This document shows positions 48,461 through 60,190 of a stretch of DNA of 64,000 nucleotides, piece after piece. The stretch is taken from the NCBI GenBank assembly GCA_002269645.1, contig NIVC01002164.1:1-64000 (forward strand). The letters are read 5' to 3'. The position numbers and the translations under genes were made by a program. The notes below the pieces were generated by a model that did no database searches, was not told the DNA's origin, and worked only from the letters and a program-made list of their open reading frames with translations. Source of the stretch: Macrostomum lignano. Lineage: Eukaryota. Within the stretch, counting starts at the first letter, position 1. Every line of letters begins with the position of its first letter.

Positions 48461-48999
48461 TATGGATAGTGTATAATTGTGTACAGAGGACCACATTCTT
48501 GTTGCACAGAAGGGAATGCTATTCCCTATTGATTGTAATTATCATGCAATGATTGAACACCGTGAGTACTTAACAGAGTACATATATTCAATTTGTGCAG
48601 TACAGTTTTTGCCTCACAAAGCGCATTTATATTTAGCTGGTTCATTTATAACGCTGAGGCGGCATCACATGGCTAGATAGGAAAAGTTGGTAAATGGCAG
48701 ACGGCCATAAAAATTGAAACGCATACAGATGCTATGCGCTCGATTGGCCCTATAAAATACATGGAAAAATTTACTACTAGTAAATAGCAAATCAAGTGTA
48801 TCACCATACTCGGGGACAGTGAGCTGAGTACAAAGAGCAGTTATAGAAAACACGCTGAAAGTGAGACAAACAAAGACTTCCATTAATGGATGGACGCAGT
48901 TGCAGTGAAATACATGTAAGTAGATGGCAAATATGAAGAGGGTTAAGAAATGAAAATCAAAGATAAAATATATAAGATCCTTGCTGGGAATCAGGATGT

Positions 49000-49190
49000 C
49001 ATTAAATCCCTAATTGGGATATCTTTAAATCCTTAATTGGGATATCTTTAAATCCCTAATTGAGATATCTTTAAATCCCTAATAGAAATATCTTTGAATC
49101 CCTATTTTGGATTTGGGGATATCTTTGAATCCCTAATTGGGACATTTTTAAATCCCGAACTAACTGGGTGATCTTTAAATCCCACTTTTA
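49000..49190. repeat. About 22-bp degenerate repeat with internal GGGAT/ATCCC inverted arms
   Basis: Unit GGGATATCTTTAAATCCCTAATT. Confidence 0.8.
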
Positions 49191-49270
49191 AAGAAAAAAT
49201 GAGGCCATCCGCGAAAAAAATTCTCATTGAAAAGTTACAATAAATAACTGCATTATTGTTAATAATAAAA

Positions 49271-50634
49271 TCAGTATACCAATGGCCTGTCGGTGGTCAG
49301 GTATCTGCAGGCCAGCCGGTAGCCGCTGGGTGTTGGCGCGGTGAAGGCGGTGAGGCTGAGGGGCACCTGCAGGCCCAGGTACAGGCAGGACCTGGCGGCA
49401 TCCAGCAGGGCGGTGGCCACGCCGGACCGGCGGTGACCTGACTGGCACCAGACCTTGTGGATGCCGCACTGGGCTGGCAGCGGCTCCGTGTCCCGCTCGG
49501 TGGCCGCCTCGGCACCTTCAACTGGCGGCAGCAGGCGGTAGGCGGTGCGGATCGGCTCGGCGATGCAGCAGCCGACTATGCCCGACTTGAGTAGGTTGCA
49601 AATGGCGGCGGGTGTTGCAGGGTATGGTAGGGTGTTGCAGGGTATGGTAGGGTGTTGCAGGGTATGGTAGGGTGTTGCAGGGTATGGTAGGGTGTTGCAG
49701 GGTATGGTAGGGTGTTGCAATGTATGGTAGGGTGTTGCAGGGTATGGTAGGGTGTTGCAGGGTATGGTAGGGTGTTGCAGGGTATGGTAGGGTGTTGCAG
49801 GGTATGGTAGGGTGTTGCAGGGTATGGTAGGGTGTTACAGACTAGCACAGGGTGTTACAGACTAGCACAGGGTGTTACAGACTAGCACAGGGTGTTACAA
49901 ACTAGCACAGGGTGTTACAGACTAGCACAGGGTGTTACAAACTAGCACAGGGTGTTACAGACTAGCACAGGGTGTTACAAACTAGCACAGGGTGTTAAAA
50001 CTAGCACAGGGTGTTACAGGCTAGCAAGGGTGTTACAGACTAGCACAGGGTGTTACAGACTAGCACAGGGTGTTACAAACTAGCACAGGGTGTTACAACT
50101 CACCTGATGCCGAACGTACAGCAACACGAGCATGCCGCTGTAGGCATCCGGCTCGGTGCCCTGGCCGAGCTCCTCGTCCATCAGGCGGAAGATCTCTTTG
50201 GCGCGCTGCCAGCCGACGCCGCCGCCGGCTCCGGGAGACACGCGGACAATCCGGTCCCCGTTGAAGAACTCCTTCACAGCCTGCTGGCCGCGCCACGCGC
50301 TGGCCGACGCAGCAGACGCTGCCGCTGTTGCCGCCGCAGCAGCCGGCCGCCGGCTGGCGTGGAACCTCGCGTGCCGGACAGCGTCAGCCTGGTTGCCGGC
50401 CGAGTACACCATGCCGCAGCCCGAGCACGTGACCGTTCCGAGGTTGCTCTGGCCGAAGTCCAGGTTCAGCTGCACCAGGTGCGGCCCGGGACCGCCAAGG
50501 GAGTTTCGTTTCTTGGAAACTCCGCCGCCGCCTCCTGCCGGGCTGCCCCGCGACCGACGTCCAGCGGCCGGCGGCGTCGACAGTCGGCGTCGGGCGGACG
50601 CGAGGGCGGAGGCGGCTGGCGAGGTCGGAGACAT
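49271..50634 (-). CDS. ESCO2: Cohesin acetyltransferase Eco1/ESCO; exons 50634-50104, 49585-49271 (an upstream exon is possible via the acceptor near 50651)
   Basis: QLNLDFGQ PIP-like motif, CSGCGMVY...HARFH zinc finger, IVGCCIAEPI, CGIHKVW...RRSGVATALLD, AFTAPTPSG. Phase-0 intron. ESCO1 versus ESCO2 not resolved. Confidence 0.9.
49610..50097. repeat. Two abutting 20-bp minisatellites in the ESCO intron
   Basis: GGGTGTTGCAGGGTATGGTA followed by GGGTGTTACAGACTAGCACA; both share GGGTGTTRCA. Confidence 0.95.
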
Positions 50635-50744
50635 GCGAGAGGCCCGCCAGGCTGGAAACGGCAGGCAGGATTAATGACAGAATGGCTAAATCCCTGCCTA
50701 ATCCATCGCATTGGATCGCCCGGACATTGGCTAAAGCGCAATAT

Positions 50745-51530
50745 TAGTGACCCAAGCAATGACCACATGAGGGATATGACCATTTCATGAACCAACTAAT
50801 GACCAGATGAGGGATATGCCCATTTCATGACCCAACTAATGACCAGATGAGGGATATGCCCATTTCATGACCCAACTAATGACCAGATGAGGGATATGCC
50901 CATTTCATGACCCAACTAATGACCAGATGAGGGATATGCCCATTTCATGACCCAACTAATGACCAGATGAAGGATATGACCATTCATGACCCAACTAATG
51001 ACCAGATGAGGGATATGCTCATTTCATGACCCAACTAATGACCAGATGAAGGATATGACCATTCATGACCCAACTAATGACCAGATGAAGGATATGACCA
51101 TTCATGACCCAACTAATGACCAGATGAGGGATATGCCCATTTCATGACCCAACTAATGACCAGATGAGGATATGACTATTCATGACCCAACTAATGACCA
51201 GATGAGGGATATGCCCATTTCATGACCCAACTAATGACCAGATGAGGGATATGCCCATTTCATGACCCAACCAATGACCAGATGAGGGATATGCCCATTT
51301 CATGACCCAACTAATGACCAGATGAGGGATATGACCATTCCATGACCCAACTAATAACCACATGAGGGATATGCCCATTTCATGACCCAACTAATGACCA
51401 GATGAGGGATATGACCGTTTCATGACCCAACCAATGACCAGATGAGGGATATGACCATTCATGACCTAACTAATGACCAGCTGAAGAATATGACCGTTTC
51501 ATGACCCAACCAATGACCAGATGAGGGATA
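50745..51530. repeat. 40-bp minisatellite
   Basis: Unit CCAACTAATGACCAGATGAGGGATATGCCCATTTCATGAC. Confidence 0.95.
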
Positions 51531-52069
51531 CGACCATTTTATGATCCAATGACCCACCGAAGATGACCAAAATAATAAGAATGACTGAATCAATGACCCA
51601 ATCAATGAAAAGTCAAACGACCAGCTGAAGAGGGATCCCTCTCCGGAGACGACCCTGTTAAACTGTAGGTAGCATGAATAAGTCATATTAACATGCTACT
51701 AAAAGCAGAGAAAAGAAGACACGTCATTGCTTCAGATGCATCTTGCCCAGTGCAGCGGCAAGCTCAGACGGGGTCCAGGTATATTTAAAAGGGTACACAA
51801 CGCATCAGTAAGCAACAATTTTACACCCTGTTACCTCGGACTGAGAATAAACTCGTAATATATACAGTATTTGTCTGATTTACAAAAGAAACAAACATAT
51901 GCAGACTGGAGTACTGAAAGTAGCGATTAAACAATAGTCAGTGAATAACAGAATTAATTGGGCATATATATTTGGGTAATTCTTGGATGAACAAAGTAAC
52001 TAGGGAGAGCGTGACCAAGCTTACAAAGCGTGTATTTCAAATTTGATTTTTTAAAAACTTACCACGCAT

Positions 52070-52335
52070 ATGGTACGCGGTTGCTGTGCGGTTGCCATGT
52101 GGCTAGTGCATAGTAGTTGCAATACGGTTGCCAACTAGTTGCTATACAGTTGTCAAGTGGTTGCTATACGGTTGCTATGTGGTTGTCAACTGGTTGCTAT
52201 ACGGTTGCTGTGTGGTTGTCAACTGGTTGCTAAGCGGTTGTCAACTAGTTGCTATACAGTTGCTATGTGGTTGTCAACTGGTTGCTATGCGTTTGCCAAC
52301 TGGTTGCTATGCGGTTGCCAACTGGTTGCTATGCG
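52070..52335. repeat. Degenerate 11/22-bp repeat
   Basis: GGTTGCTATGC / GGTTGTCAACT units. Confidence 0.8.
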
Positions 52336-52404
52336 GTTTTACACGCAGCCAGTATTTTCATATCGACATTCAAGTACTCAACGGTCAGTCACAAAGTCTT
52401 CAGG

Positions 52405-55341
52405 TCACTCAGAATCAGAATCAGAAGAGTCGTCACTGCTGCTACTGCCGCTGCTGCTGCTGCTACTGTCGCTCTCCGACTCGGATTGCTTCCTCTTCTT
52501 CTCCGCAACTGCCGTCGCAGATCCGTCGTCAGCATTGGAAGCGGCGGCCCGTTTTGAGCCGGAGGCAGCTGCAGTCGAGTCTTTAACAGCCGGCGGCCCG
52601 GCGGCCGGCAGGCGGCCCTTCAATCCCGTGCAGTAGGCGTTGCGCATGGTGGACCGGCAGCACTTGTAGCCCCACTTGCCGGCCTCCCAGTACGAGCCCC
52701 ACACGCTGGTGTGGTTCAGCGGCTTTTTGTCCTCGTCGTAGCGAGACCGGACCGCCGGGGCCTCGGCGCCGCGCAGCAGGGTGCCAGTGCGGGAGTACTC
52801 GGCGTACTGCTCAGTCTGCGACAGCGCCGACAGTTCCGGAGCCTCGCTGTCCGCTGCGCGCAGGTGCTCCTGGCCTCCGTACCTGTGCGGGTGAGGCGTT
52901 GCGTGCATCTTTTTATTTTAGCTGAGTTTTGAAGGCTTTTAAAGGTGACATTGGGTGAGGAGGGAGAGAGTTTAGAAGGGTAAGAGTAAAGGTAAGATGG
53001 GTCAGGGGGAGGATGAGATTAGGTCAGAGAAAGGGTGGGTTTGGTCAGAGGGAGGGTAAGATTTAGGTCAGAGGCAGGGTGAGATTAGATCAGAGAAAGG
53101 GTAAGTTAGGTCAGAGGAAGCGTGAGATTTAGGTCAGAGGAAGGGAGAGATAGGATCAGAGTAGGGTGAGATAGGATCAGAAGGGTGAGATTAGATCAGA
53201 GAAAGGGTGGGGTTTGGTCAGAGGAAGGGTGGGGTTTGGTCAGAGGAAGGGTGAGATTAGGTCAGAGGCAGGGTAAGATTAGATCAGAGAAAGGGTAAGA
53301 TTAGGTCAGAGGAAGCGTGAGATTTAGGTCAGAGAAAGGGAGAGATAGGATCAGAGTAGGGTGAGATAGGATCAGAAGGGTGAGATTAGATCAGAGAAAG
53401 GGTGGGGTTTGGTCAGAGGAAGGGTGAGATTAGGTCAGAGTAGGGTGAGATAGGATCAACAGGGTGAGATTAGATCAGAGGAAGGGTGAGACCAGGCAAG
53501 AGCAAACAGAAACTCACTTCTCGAGGATCTGCTGTGAGATCTGGCCGCCAATTTCTTTGCTCTTCTCGTCCAGCTCGCGGTGCAGCAGCTCCAGGCGGGT
53601 CGGATTGGCCTGCAGGTGCGCATCGACGCCTTTCTCGGCCTGCAGCTCCCAGGCGAACACCTGCTGCTCCATCATTGGCAACGCGTCGCCTTGGTAACGG
53701 ATGTAATTGTCGCCGGCGAACGGGGCCTCCTCAACGGACACGTCGCGGCCTTCAAAAGGATTGCCGCGCATCGCTCGGGTCTTGGGATCGTAGTAGGCCG
53801 AGCTGGGGTCCAGGTTGTACAGGTACTTGGCCGTGTCCTCCCGGATGCGCAGGTTTCTCACCGACTGCCGCTCCTTGCAGTCGAACTTCTGCCCGGGCAT
53901 CGCCATCTCGTCTCCGTACCGGTCTTCGTCGTCACGCTGCTCCTGGAAGCAGAATTTGCATCATAAGCGCTTGGGCAATTCCACGGGATTGCATGGTCTC
54001 TTTATCTCATAATCTCACCCGCTATCTCTGATAATCTCACCCGCTATTTCCAATAACCTCACCTGCTATCTCTGATAATCTTACCCCCTATCTCTCTTAA
54101 TCTCACCCACTATCTCTGATCATCTCAAACCGCTATCTCTGATAAGCTCACCCGTTATCTCTCTTAATTTCACTCGCTTTCTCTGATAATCTCAAGCCGC
54201 TATCTCTGATAATCTCACCCGCGATCTCTGATGATCTCACCCGCTATCTCCAATAATCTCACCCGCTATCTCTAATACTCGTAATCTTACCCGCTATCTC
54301 CAATAATCTCACCCACTATCTCTGATAATCTTACCCGCTATCTCCAATAATCTCACCCGCTATCTCTGATAATCTTACCCGCTATCTCCAATAATCTCAC
54401 CCGCTATCTCTGATAATCTTACCCGCTATCTCCAATAATCTCACCCGCTATCTCCAATAATCTCACCCGCTATCTCCAATAATCTCACCCGCTATCTCTA
54501 ATGATCTCACCCGCAATCTCTCTCTATCTCACCCACTAGCTTCATACCATCCCGTCTTTCTAACATACCTGACTCATCTCTAGTCTCCCAGTACAAAGGT
54601 GCTCCCCAGGACCTGTGCCTCACCCGCTATCATGATATCCCGAAATCAAAGCAGCATGCGCAATCCAAAGCGACTCACCCCCTCCTCGCCGCCGGCCTCC
54701 TGCTTGCTGGATCGCACCTGCTTCCTGGCCTCCTCCAGCTTGGCGTAGCTGTCAATCACCTGCCTGTAGCTGGCCGGATCGTAGCCGTTCCACCGGTCCC
54801 GCTTGGCCTCGAAGTCCAGCTTCAAGTCCGGCTGCACGTGCTGGTCTGGCGCGATGTCCTCCCCAGTCCACTTGGCGCCGCGGGCCCTGGGCCGCTGGAA
54901 GCAGTCCTTAGCCTGGTGGGTGGCGGCGCCACAGTTGGCGCAGGCGCCCTTCCGATACTTGGTGGCCCGGGGCCCGGCGGCCTGACCGCGCTTGTACCAG
55001 CGGTTCAGGGCCTCGCTGCCGCCGCTGGCCATGGTGATGATCTCGCCTGAGGCGGTCGTATCCGGCTGGCGCTTCTCGTCTTCGCCTGCCGGCTTAATCT
55101 GATGCTTCAGGGTGGGGTGGAGGGCGCCGTAGTACCAGGGCGCCTGCATGATGTACTGCGGTATGTGCGGGTTGATGTCCTTGCCCTCTTCGTCTTTCAT
55201 GGCTGGCACTGCCGCCAGCTTCCGGGCCTCCTCCAGCTCCTTCATCTTGCGATATTCCTCCTTGCTGCGCCTGGCGCCCAGCGCTTCGGCGTCCGCATTT
55301 TTTGCCAGCACGGAGGGCGGCAGATTTGGTAGAAAAGACAT
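52405..55341 (-). CDS. SLU7: Pre-mRNA splicing factor SLU7; exons 55341-54679, 53942-53518, 52882-52405
   Basis: GKDINPHIPQYIMQAPWY, YRKGACANCGAATHQAKDC knuckle, KRDRWNGYD, VRNLRIREDTAKYL, LEKYGGQEHL, NHTSVWGSYW...WGYKCC. Intron phases 0 and 2 are consistent. Confidence 0.95.
52990..53490. repeat. About 22-bp minisatellite in SLU7 intron 2
   Basis: + strand GGGTGAGATTAG(A/G)TCAGAG units. Confidence 0.88.
54005..54540. repeat. 22-bp minisatellite in SLU7 intron 1
   Basis: + strand TAATCTCACCCGCTATCTCTGA units. Confidence 0.9.
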
Positions 55342-55454
55342 GACTGACTACTGCTGAGCTGAACTAGTAGCGCATGCAGGATATTTATGCGAATTTATAT
55401 TCTTTTTTGTAAAGTACGAATGCTAGCATGGTGAGATCAAATCAGAGCAGGTAA

Positions 55455-55692
55455 GTAGGTGGAAAAGGCCATCGAGGACATGTGCGTGGGTGGAAAAGGC
55501 CATACGAGGTCGCGTGCGTGGGCGGAAAAGGCCATCCGAGGACATGTGCGTGGGTGGAAAAGGCCATCCGAGGACATGTGCGTGGGCGGAAAAGGCCATA
55601 CGAGGTCACGTGCGTGGGCGGAAAGGCCATACGAGGTCACGTGCGTGGGCGGAAAAGGCCATACGATGTCATGTGCGTGGGCGGAAAAGGCG
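55455..55692. repeat. About 32-bp tandem repeat between the Nudix gene and SLU7
   Basis: Unit AAAAGGCCATCCGAGGACATGTGCGTGGGTGG, about 7 copies. Confidence 0.9.
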
Positions 55693-56001
55693 ATCTGATT
55701 AGTGCCAAGAGCTAAACATCAATTCGTCATCAAATTAAAAATTTCCAAATAAAAAAATTATTAACAAATCTATATAATATGCTTCTAAGGTTATATTTTT
55801 ACGCAATGAAAATACAGCATAGCAAGGCTATGGTTTATGCTACTAATAGTACTATTATAAACACGCATCCAGCATCATAAATTAACGGTCTCAGACCAAT
55901 AAAAAAGTTACAAATGCGCACAAACTATATTTACTATATTGTAAATAGGTAAAGTCTTCAGAAAGCCTGTTTTCGATACATATCGGCAGCCACCAAACAT
56001 C

Positions 56002-57600
56002 TCAGTCCAGCGGCAGTCGGGTATGGCACATCTCCATCAGCAGGTCGTACAGCGGCTGCGTATCCGGGCTGAGGCAGCCACGGCGCAGCAGGAAGTCCAA
56101 GCACACCAGGCCGCTGTTCGGCTTGAAGTCCGGCTGAGCGATCAGCTCGGGCAGGTCGGCCAGCGGGACCAGGCGGAACTCCGCCACCTCGCCATCGACG
56201 CTAACAGGCGAGAAGGTGTCGGGCAGGGCCAAGTCGTAGCAGTACTCCACGTCGGGGAATACGCCGCGTTCGTCTTCGTAGAAGTAGCTGACGGTGCCGA
56301 CTGGCTGCAGGCTGTCCAGCAGCGCGGCCGGGATGCCCGCCTCCTCCTGGGCCTCCTTGCGGGCGTTCAGCGTTGGCGAGTCGCAGTCGCTGGGCAGGCC
56401 GCCGCCAACCAGGTTGTCCAGGTGGCCGGGCCACGTTGGCTTGCTTAGCGACCGCCTGGCCAGCCACATGGCAACCGGCCGCTGGCTGCCGTCCGCTGCC
56501 ACTGTGTAGCCGTTCACGTGGCAGCCCCACTGCGCGATGCCCAGCAGGGAGGCCGCGCTGCGCTCCACCTGTTCGGGAGAGGATCGTTTGACCCCGGTTA
56601 GCTGGGCTGGGGTGGCCATGGGATGGGATGGATGGCCAAGGGCTGGGGTGTCAGTAGACTGGCATGTCAGTAGACTGGCATGTCAGTAGACTGGCATGTC
56701 AGTAGGCTGGGATGTCAGTAGACTGGGATGTCAGTAGACTGGGGTGTCAGTAGACTGGCATGTCAGTAGGCTGGGGTGTCAGTAGACTGGGGTGTCAGTA
56801 CACTGGGATGTCAGTAGACTGGGGTGTCAGTAGACTGGGGTGTCAGTACACTGGGACGTCAGTAGACTGGGATGTCAGTAGACTGAGGTGTCAGTAGACT
56901 GGCATGTCAGTAGGCTGGGGTGTCAGTAGACTGGGATGTCAGTAGACTGGGGTGTCAGTACACTGGGGTGGCCATGGGCTGGGATGTCAGTAGACTAGGG
57001 TGTCAGTAGACTGGGATGTCAGTAGGCTGGGGTGTCAGTAGACTGGGGTGTCAGTACACTGGGGTGGCCATGGGCTGGGGTGTCAGTAGACTGGGATGTC
57101 AGTAGACTGGGATGTCAGTAGACTGGGGAGGCCATGCTAGTGGACAGAGGTCAGTCTCAAGACTCGGCCTGGCATACCTGCGGTGGTAAAGCCAGATGCT
57201 GGGCATTTCCCAAGTCCAGTCACATCCCAGCTGTCCGCACCTCAAAGACAGGCTGTCTGGTAGACCGCAGCCTGGCAGCGTACAGCTCATTTCGCCAGCC
57301 CTTAGTCAGGCAGGGAAAAACTCCGTCAGTTCTGAGCTGCTCAAATGCCGTTGCCATAGCGTTGCTAACCGGGCGAAAGCCAGACAGACCATCAGCCAGA
57401 GTCAGGGAGCGGCTGCCGGAGCCGTAGTGGAAGACAGATGGGCACCTGGCGGTGAGGATTCTGGCGATGTCGGGTTTCACCAGGCCCAGTCTGTGCCCGT
57501 CAATGACGAGCGGCAGGCAAGTGGCAAGCGGCGAGCCGGGCAGAAGCAGATTGTTGCATCGATGCCCCAGACTGGCTAGAAGACGCTGTCCCTGCTGCAT
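56002..57600 (-). CDS. Nudix hydrolase with N-terminal DUF4743-like region (plant NUDT20 / yeast YJR142W-like); exons 57600 (or 57651)-57241, 56568-56002
   Basis: GWRNELY, FE|VERSAASLLG..QWGCHVNGY, WLARRSLSKPTWPGHLDNLVGGG, KEAQEEAG Nudix box, DGEVAEF, FKPNSGLV. Phase-0 intron. Confidence 0.88.
56645..57125. repeat. 16-bp minisatellite in the Nudix intron
   Basis: Unit TGTCAGTAGACTGGG(A/G). Confidence 0.94.
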
Positions 57601-57751
57601 TCTGTGGCGGCTCTGGCGGCCTTTGCTGAAGGATTGAAGCATCAGATACATATGATATAGAATGAGACTAAGATATCTTTCGCATAACTGAATTGCGATG
57701 AGAATCCCATTCTATTCATATAGTGAAGATTCATTCCAATTGCATTAAATA

Positions 57752-59053
57752 CCGGGTGTCCGGATTGAACGGAAACGCTGCTTAAAACGTCGTTAATTAC
57801 GTAATCTTTCGCAAAATTCAAAATTTTGCATGGGTGTCAGAACCAGCAGAAATCACAGAATTTAATACATCCACTCTTGCAGCTTTATTCCTAACCATGG
57901 CTGAGCACGAGGCTCAAAGACGAGCAATCGCTGAATTACTTTGCGCTGGAAAGTCAACTAGCGACATCAGAGAAGTGCTCAATGTGAGCAGAAAGAGGAT
58001 TTTCACTGTGAGGAAGCTGCTGAACGACACAGGAGATGTCACCAAAAGACATGGGGGTGGTCGTCCGAGGACAAAAAGGACGAAGAAGACCGTCGCAGCC
58101 GTCCGGGCGAAGGTCAACCGAAATCCCCGAAGGTCGATTCGCCGACTGGCACGTGAGCACGACATGAGCAAGACGACAATGTCGGAGCTCGTCAAAGAAG
58201 ACCTCGGCATGGTGTCCAGGGTGGTGGTGCCGAAGAACCTCATCACTTCGAAGCAGAAGGTATCGCGTCTCAAGCGTTGCAGGCAGTTGCTCACGTGGGT
58301 GAAGAACCACGGCTCGCTGGTGCGCGTGTTCAGCGACGAGAAACTGTTCACCTGTGACCAAGCCGTGAACAGGCGCAACACTCGCTACATCAGCGCCGCC
58401 AGCAGCGCGGACACACCTGCCCACGTGAAGTACAGTATGAAGTCTAAGCACCCGGCCTCCATCATGATGCTGGGCGTCGTTGCGAGTGATGGACGGAGGT
58501 GTCCCCCCATTTTCATCAACCCAGGCACCAAAGTGAATGCTGCATGCTACCAGCAGCTGCTGCAGCAGCACGTGCTGCCTTGGCTGCATCAGCAGTACCC
58601 TGACGGACAGTACGTGTGGCAGCAGGACGGTGCTCCGGCTCACACAGCGGCCACAACCCAGCAGTTCTTGGCAGACAACATGGCGAACTTCTGGCCGAAG
58701 ACGATGTGGCCGCCCTCCAGTCCGGACCTGAATCCGCTGGACTTCTCAATCTGGCAGCGTGTGGAGAGCGAGGCCTGCAGATCCTGCCACAGCAGTGTGG
58801 AAGCGCTGCAGGCTGCTGTTCGGCTGGCGTGGGAGAGAATGGACACCAACTATGTGAGGAAGGTGTGCCAGCAGTTCAGGAAGAGGCTGGAGCGCGTGAT
58901 CGCGGCCAATGGCGGCCATTTTGAATGAGAACAATGCTGACACCTTCCTGTTTACTGTTGTCAAAAATAAATGGTACAGCTGCTTGTCTTGCTGAGAAAT
59001 TGCAAAAAATATTCAAAAAATCAGCAGCGTTTCCGTTCAATCCGGACACCCGG
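57752..59053 (+). mobile_element. Intact Tc1/mariner-superfamily DNA transposon (DD37D, maT type), 1302 bp
   Basis: Perfect 31-bp TIRs CCGGGTGTCCGGATTGAACGGAAACGCTGCT, flanked by TA at 57750-51 and 59054-55. Confidence 0.96.
57897..58928 (+). CDS. DD37D transposase, 343 aa
   Basis: HTH region, VFSDEKLF, WQQDGAPAH, SPDLNPLD, with 37 residues between the second and third Asp. No stops. Confidence 0.94.
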   Translation: MAEHEAQRRAIAELLCAGKSTSDIREVLNVSRKRIFTVRKLLNDTGDVTKRHGGGRPRTKRTKKTVAAVRAKVNRNPRRSIRRLAREHDMSKTTMSELVKEDLGMVSRVVVPKNLITSKQKVSRLKRCRQLLTWVKNHGSLVRVFSDEKLFTCDQAVNRRNTRYISAASSADTPAHVKYSMKSKHPASIMMLGVVASDGRRCPPIFINPGTKVNAACYQQLLQQHVLPWLHQQYPDGQYVWQQDGAPAHTAATTQQFLADNMANFWPKTMWPPSSPDLNPLDFSIWQRVESEACRSCHSSVEALQAAVRLAWERMDTNYVRKVCQQFRKRLERVIAANGGHFE

Positions 59054-59811
59054 TAGCATGACATTTTTACCAATTAACCAAAAAAGATTTTCTAGATACT
59101 GAATCTGAAAAAAAGCAAATATTGAAAGAAGACTTTTTGCTAACTAACACCTGTTGCAAAATTTGTTGTTTTTTTACTAAGTTGTTTAGTTGTATTTTTA
59201 ACTGTACATATTAAAAATTACACAAACTGAATTTTACCCAGAAATGCCATATCTTTTGCCATAGAAATGTGACATACCTATATCTAGTGAGCCTTTTTGC
59301 AATATAGCTTTACACTTTATACAATTTAAATCATTTTTGTCTGGCTACAACTAATTTAGTTCTCTTTTGCTTTTTTTGCCTTGTTTGTTTTTCAAGCACT
59401 CAAGAAGTTTATCTTCTTTTTATTTAATTTGTCAATTGTTTTTCTTGTATAATCCCTTGACAATTTTTAAAGCTAGATTGATCAGTTCTGCAACACACCT
59501 GCCTGGCTATTCTGGCACCTAGTCAGGATGACCAGGTTAGCTAAGTGTTACATATCTATGATGAAAGATAAGAATTATGGTCATAGACATTTTGAAAAAA
59601 GGGTTTAAATTTATGCAATAAAACAAAAATGACAAACACTTTCTCCCAATTATAATACTAGATGCTACATATATCCATGGCCGGGTATTTTTTGTCTATT
59701 TAGTAGTTAAAGATTTTAGAGATAAAATCTATGAACCAAACAAACACTTCCAAAATGATAAATTTTCCAAACACTTAACATTTATTTTATCTATATAGTA
59801 TTATCTGTACT

Positions 59812-60190
59812 CAGTGTTGGGCAAGTTACTCAAAAAACTAACTTGCATTACTGTACTAAGTTACCACTTTTTAAAAAGTAGCTTACACTAGCCTAAGTAA
59901 CTTTATACAAAACCTAGTAACTTTTAAGTTACTGTCTATTACTCACTTCCATTACCCATGTTATTAACAAAATAAAAAAACCAGTGGCAGATACAGACTC
60001 TAACTCATCATTGCATTGTTGTTACTGAAATTTGCCATTGGGCATTGGGATTAACCGATTAATAAAAATGGAGACAGGAATTGGTGACACAACATGAGTA
60101 GGGGTTGCAAAATCCCAGCCTTTTTCAATCCTGAGATCCCGATATTAAAAAACTGGAAATCCCGGGATCCCAGGATTGACTTCGAGATTG
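59812..60190. mobile_element. Degenerate hAT-like MITE termini
   Basis: CAGTGTTGGGCAAGTTAC... at 59812 and TAGGGGTTGCAAAATCCC...AATCCCGGGATCCC at 60099 resemble common non-autonomous hAT ends. No TSD confirmed. Confidence 0.35.

Noticed and set aside
46191-48680. Cys/His-rich and Pro/Gln-rich ORFs (metal-binding-like)
   Set aside because: All derive from 21-34 bp minisatellites; no supported exon structure was found.
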